Shown here: in pieces, positions 62,377 through 64,000 of the stretch | How positions within the stretch are numbered: position 1 is the first letter of the stretch | How the letters are laid out: the number at the start of each line of letters is the position of its first letter | From: a virus | DNA: 64,000 nt | Reading direction: 5' to 3' (one strand) | IMG/VR virus record: IMGVR_UViG_3300012984_000014 | Location: 1 to 64,000 of that record | Translations under genes and position numbers: made by a program | The notes under the pieces: model-generated | Told to the model about the DNA's origin: nothing | Databases searched by the model: none | The model's input: only the letters and a program-made list of their open reading frames with translations

Positions 62377-64000
62377 TGGGGCTCATCAGCATTGAGGCCG
62401 AGGACTTCTGCAGCTATCAGACGCTGAAGCTCAAGCTTCGAAAACGTGGCCTCGTTTGGATCGGCGGCGAGAACGAAGACACAGCGGCCGCCGCGTCGAA
62501 CGGTTCCGGGAAGACCACGCTGTTCAAGGCTGTAAGTTGGGGAACGTACGGCAAGACCGTGGACGAGCGCGACGGCGATCAAGTGATCCGCTTCGGCCAG
62601 AAGTGCGCCAAAGTGACCTGTCGCTACACGGACGGTTACGTGTCTCTTCGCGAGCGTCGCAAGGGCAGCCCGAAGCTGTTTCTATGGAAGGGCGAGGAGG
62701 AGATCAAGGGCTCGAAGGAGGAGCTTCAGGCTCGCATCGACGCGCTGATGGGACAGGACTGGCAGACGTTCAGGAACGTCTCGCTGTATGGCCAGCGGGA
62801 CAACAAGCGCTTCATCCACCCCGAGACGAGCGACAAGGAGCGCAAGGACGTCCTCCACCGCATACTCCGGACGGGCATCTATTCGGTGGCGCACAAATGG
62901 GTCCAGGAGGAGGCGCTGAAGCTCAAGCGGGCCGCGGACGCGCTGCAGGTCGAAGTCGACAAGGCGATGGCGCGCCTGGAAGAGTACGACCTGGAAGACC
63001 TGGAGCGTCAGCGCGACGAATGGGAAGAGTCACGGAAGCGCCGCGTCAACGCGCAGAAGACGACCGCGCGCGGCTTCGTCGATGCTGCCAAGGAAACGCT
63101 CAAGGAGGCAGGCGACCTCCCGGCGTTGGAGACTCGGCTGGCAGGATTGCTCGCCAAGCAGCCTGCTGTCAAAGCGTTGCAGGGCGAGCTGGAGGCGCTA
63201 GAGACGGCCGATGAGGAGATCGGCGACCGCCTCGCGGCCGCTCACACCAAGTCCGTAGCAGCGGCGGCGAGCCTCCAAGCCCTGGAGAAGCAGCGCGCCA
63301 AGCTCGAAACCGAGGACGGCACCTGCCCGCTCTGCTCGGGCGACATGACGGCGGGCTCCGCGGCGGAGCACGTGGCCGAGCTGGACGCACAGCTTGAAAA
63401 GGACCGGAAGGCCCTGAAGAAGCTTCAGGCCGCGGAGTCGATGATCGCGACCGAATCGAGGGCGCACGGCGACGCGATGACCACCAAGCGCGCCGCGCTG
63501 AAGCGCCTCCGCGCGGATTTGGAAGACCTCTCCGATGCCCAGGCGGCCGTCAACGACGCCAAGCGCGCGTCCGAGCGCGCTGCCGAACAGAAGGCCCAGG
63601 CGCGCGCCGCGCTCGACCTGGCAAAGGAGATCGCGGCCGAAGTCAATCCGCTCACGGAGCAGATGGAGCGCGCGCGGGAGCGCTCCAAGAAGGCGATCGA
63701 GGCGCGCGACGCGGCCAAGCTGTCGCTCGGAGTCACGGCGGAGGAGCGGGCGCACTACGAGTTCTGGACCAAGGGCTTCAGCCCCTCGGGCTGCCCGTCG
63801 TTCTCGCTTGACGCCGTGATGCCGTCGCTCACCGAGCGCACCAACTACTACCTCGAAACGCTCGCCGACGGGGACATCACGATGAACTTCAGCACCCAGC
63901 GCGAGCTGAAGAGCGCCAAGGGCGAATTCCGCGACGAGATTGGAATGGAATGGGAGATAGAGGGCGTTCCCGGACACGAGCCGAGCGGAGGCCAGTGGAA
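62376..64000 (+). CDS. sbcC: SbcC/Rad50 (T4 gp46-like) ATPase, 3' truncated by the window (absent from the ORF track)
   Basis: ATG at 62376 reads MGLISIEAEDFCSY...SNGSGKTTLFKAVSW. Coiled coil, CPLC zinc hook near 63325, and the SGGQ signature in frame at the window end. Confidence 0.9.
   Translation, partial: MGLISIEAEDFCSYQTLKLKLRKRGLVWIGGENEDTAAAASNGSGKTTLFKAVSWGTYGKTVDERDGDQVIRFGQKCAKVTCRYTDGYVSLRERRKGSPKLFLWKGEEEIKGSKEELQARIDALMGQDWQTFRNVSLYGQRDNKRFIHPETSDKERKDVLHRILRTGIYSVAHKWVQEEALKLKRAADALQVEVDKAMARLEEYDLEDLERQRDEWEESRKRRVNAQKTTARGFVDAAKETLKEAGDLPALETRLAGLLAKQPAVKALQGELEALETADEEIGDRLAAAHTKSVAAAASLQALEKQRAKLETEDGTCPLCSGDMTAGSAAEHVAELDAQLEKDRKALKKLQAAESMIATESRAHGDAMTTKRAALKRLRADLEDLSDAQAAVNDAKRASERAAEQKAQARAALDLAKEIAAEVNPLTEQMERARERSKKAIEARDAAKLSLGVTAEERAHYEFWTKGFSPSGCPSFSLDAVMPSLTERTNYYLETLADGDITMNFSTQRELKSAKGEFRDEIGMEWEIEGVPGHEPSGGQW

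Overview
This window is a 64-kb segment of a large, GC-rich (about 60-65% by eye) tailed dsDNA bacteriophage with a contractile (myovirus-type) tail. Every credible gene is on the + strand and the genes are tightly coupled. Positions 1-35.5 kb form the virion and lysis module: end of the major capsid gene, endolysin, accessory virion proteins including a DUF4038/GH140-like glycosidase, head-tail adaptor and neck, sheath, T4 gp19-like tube, a tail chaperone with a -1 frameshift, tape measure, an eCIS-like baseplate (LysM tube initiator, hub, spike, gp25, J, I), fibres and a beta-helix tailspike, and two small exported proteins. Positions 35.6-64 kb form the replication, nucleotide and recombination module: SF2 helicase, a dense hairpin array, HTH and initiator-like genes, DnaC, DnaB, a DNA methyltransferase, primase, a MoxR-AAA/VWA pair, a sigma-like factor, DnaE, HU, UvsY-like, gp32-like SSB, RecA, SbcD and the start of SbcC. 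The strongest candidate for an undescribed system is the coupled operon at 48.3-57.5 kb: FAD oxidoreductase, dUTPase/MazG-HAD fusion, class III PLP aminotransferase with altered specificity residues, ThyX with an insertion in its signature motif, dNMP kinase and DnaE. It looks like a pre-replicative modified-pyrimidine pathway, but that is inference. No tRNA, rRNA, CRISPR array, integrase or reverse transcriptase was seen. All family assignments come from motif recognition by eye, with no database search.
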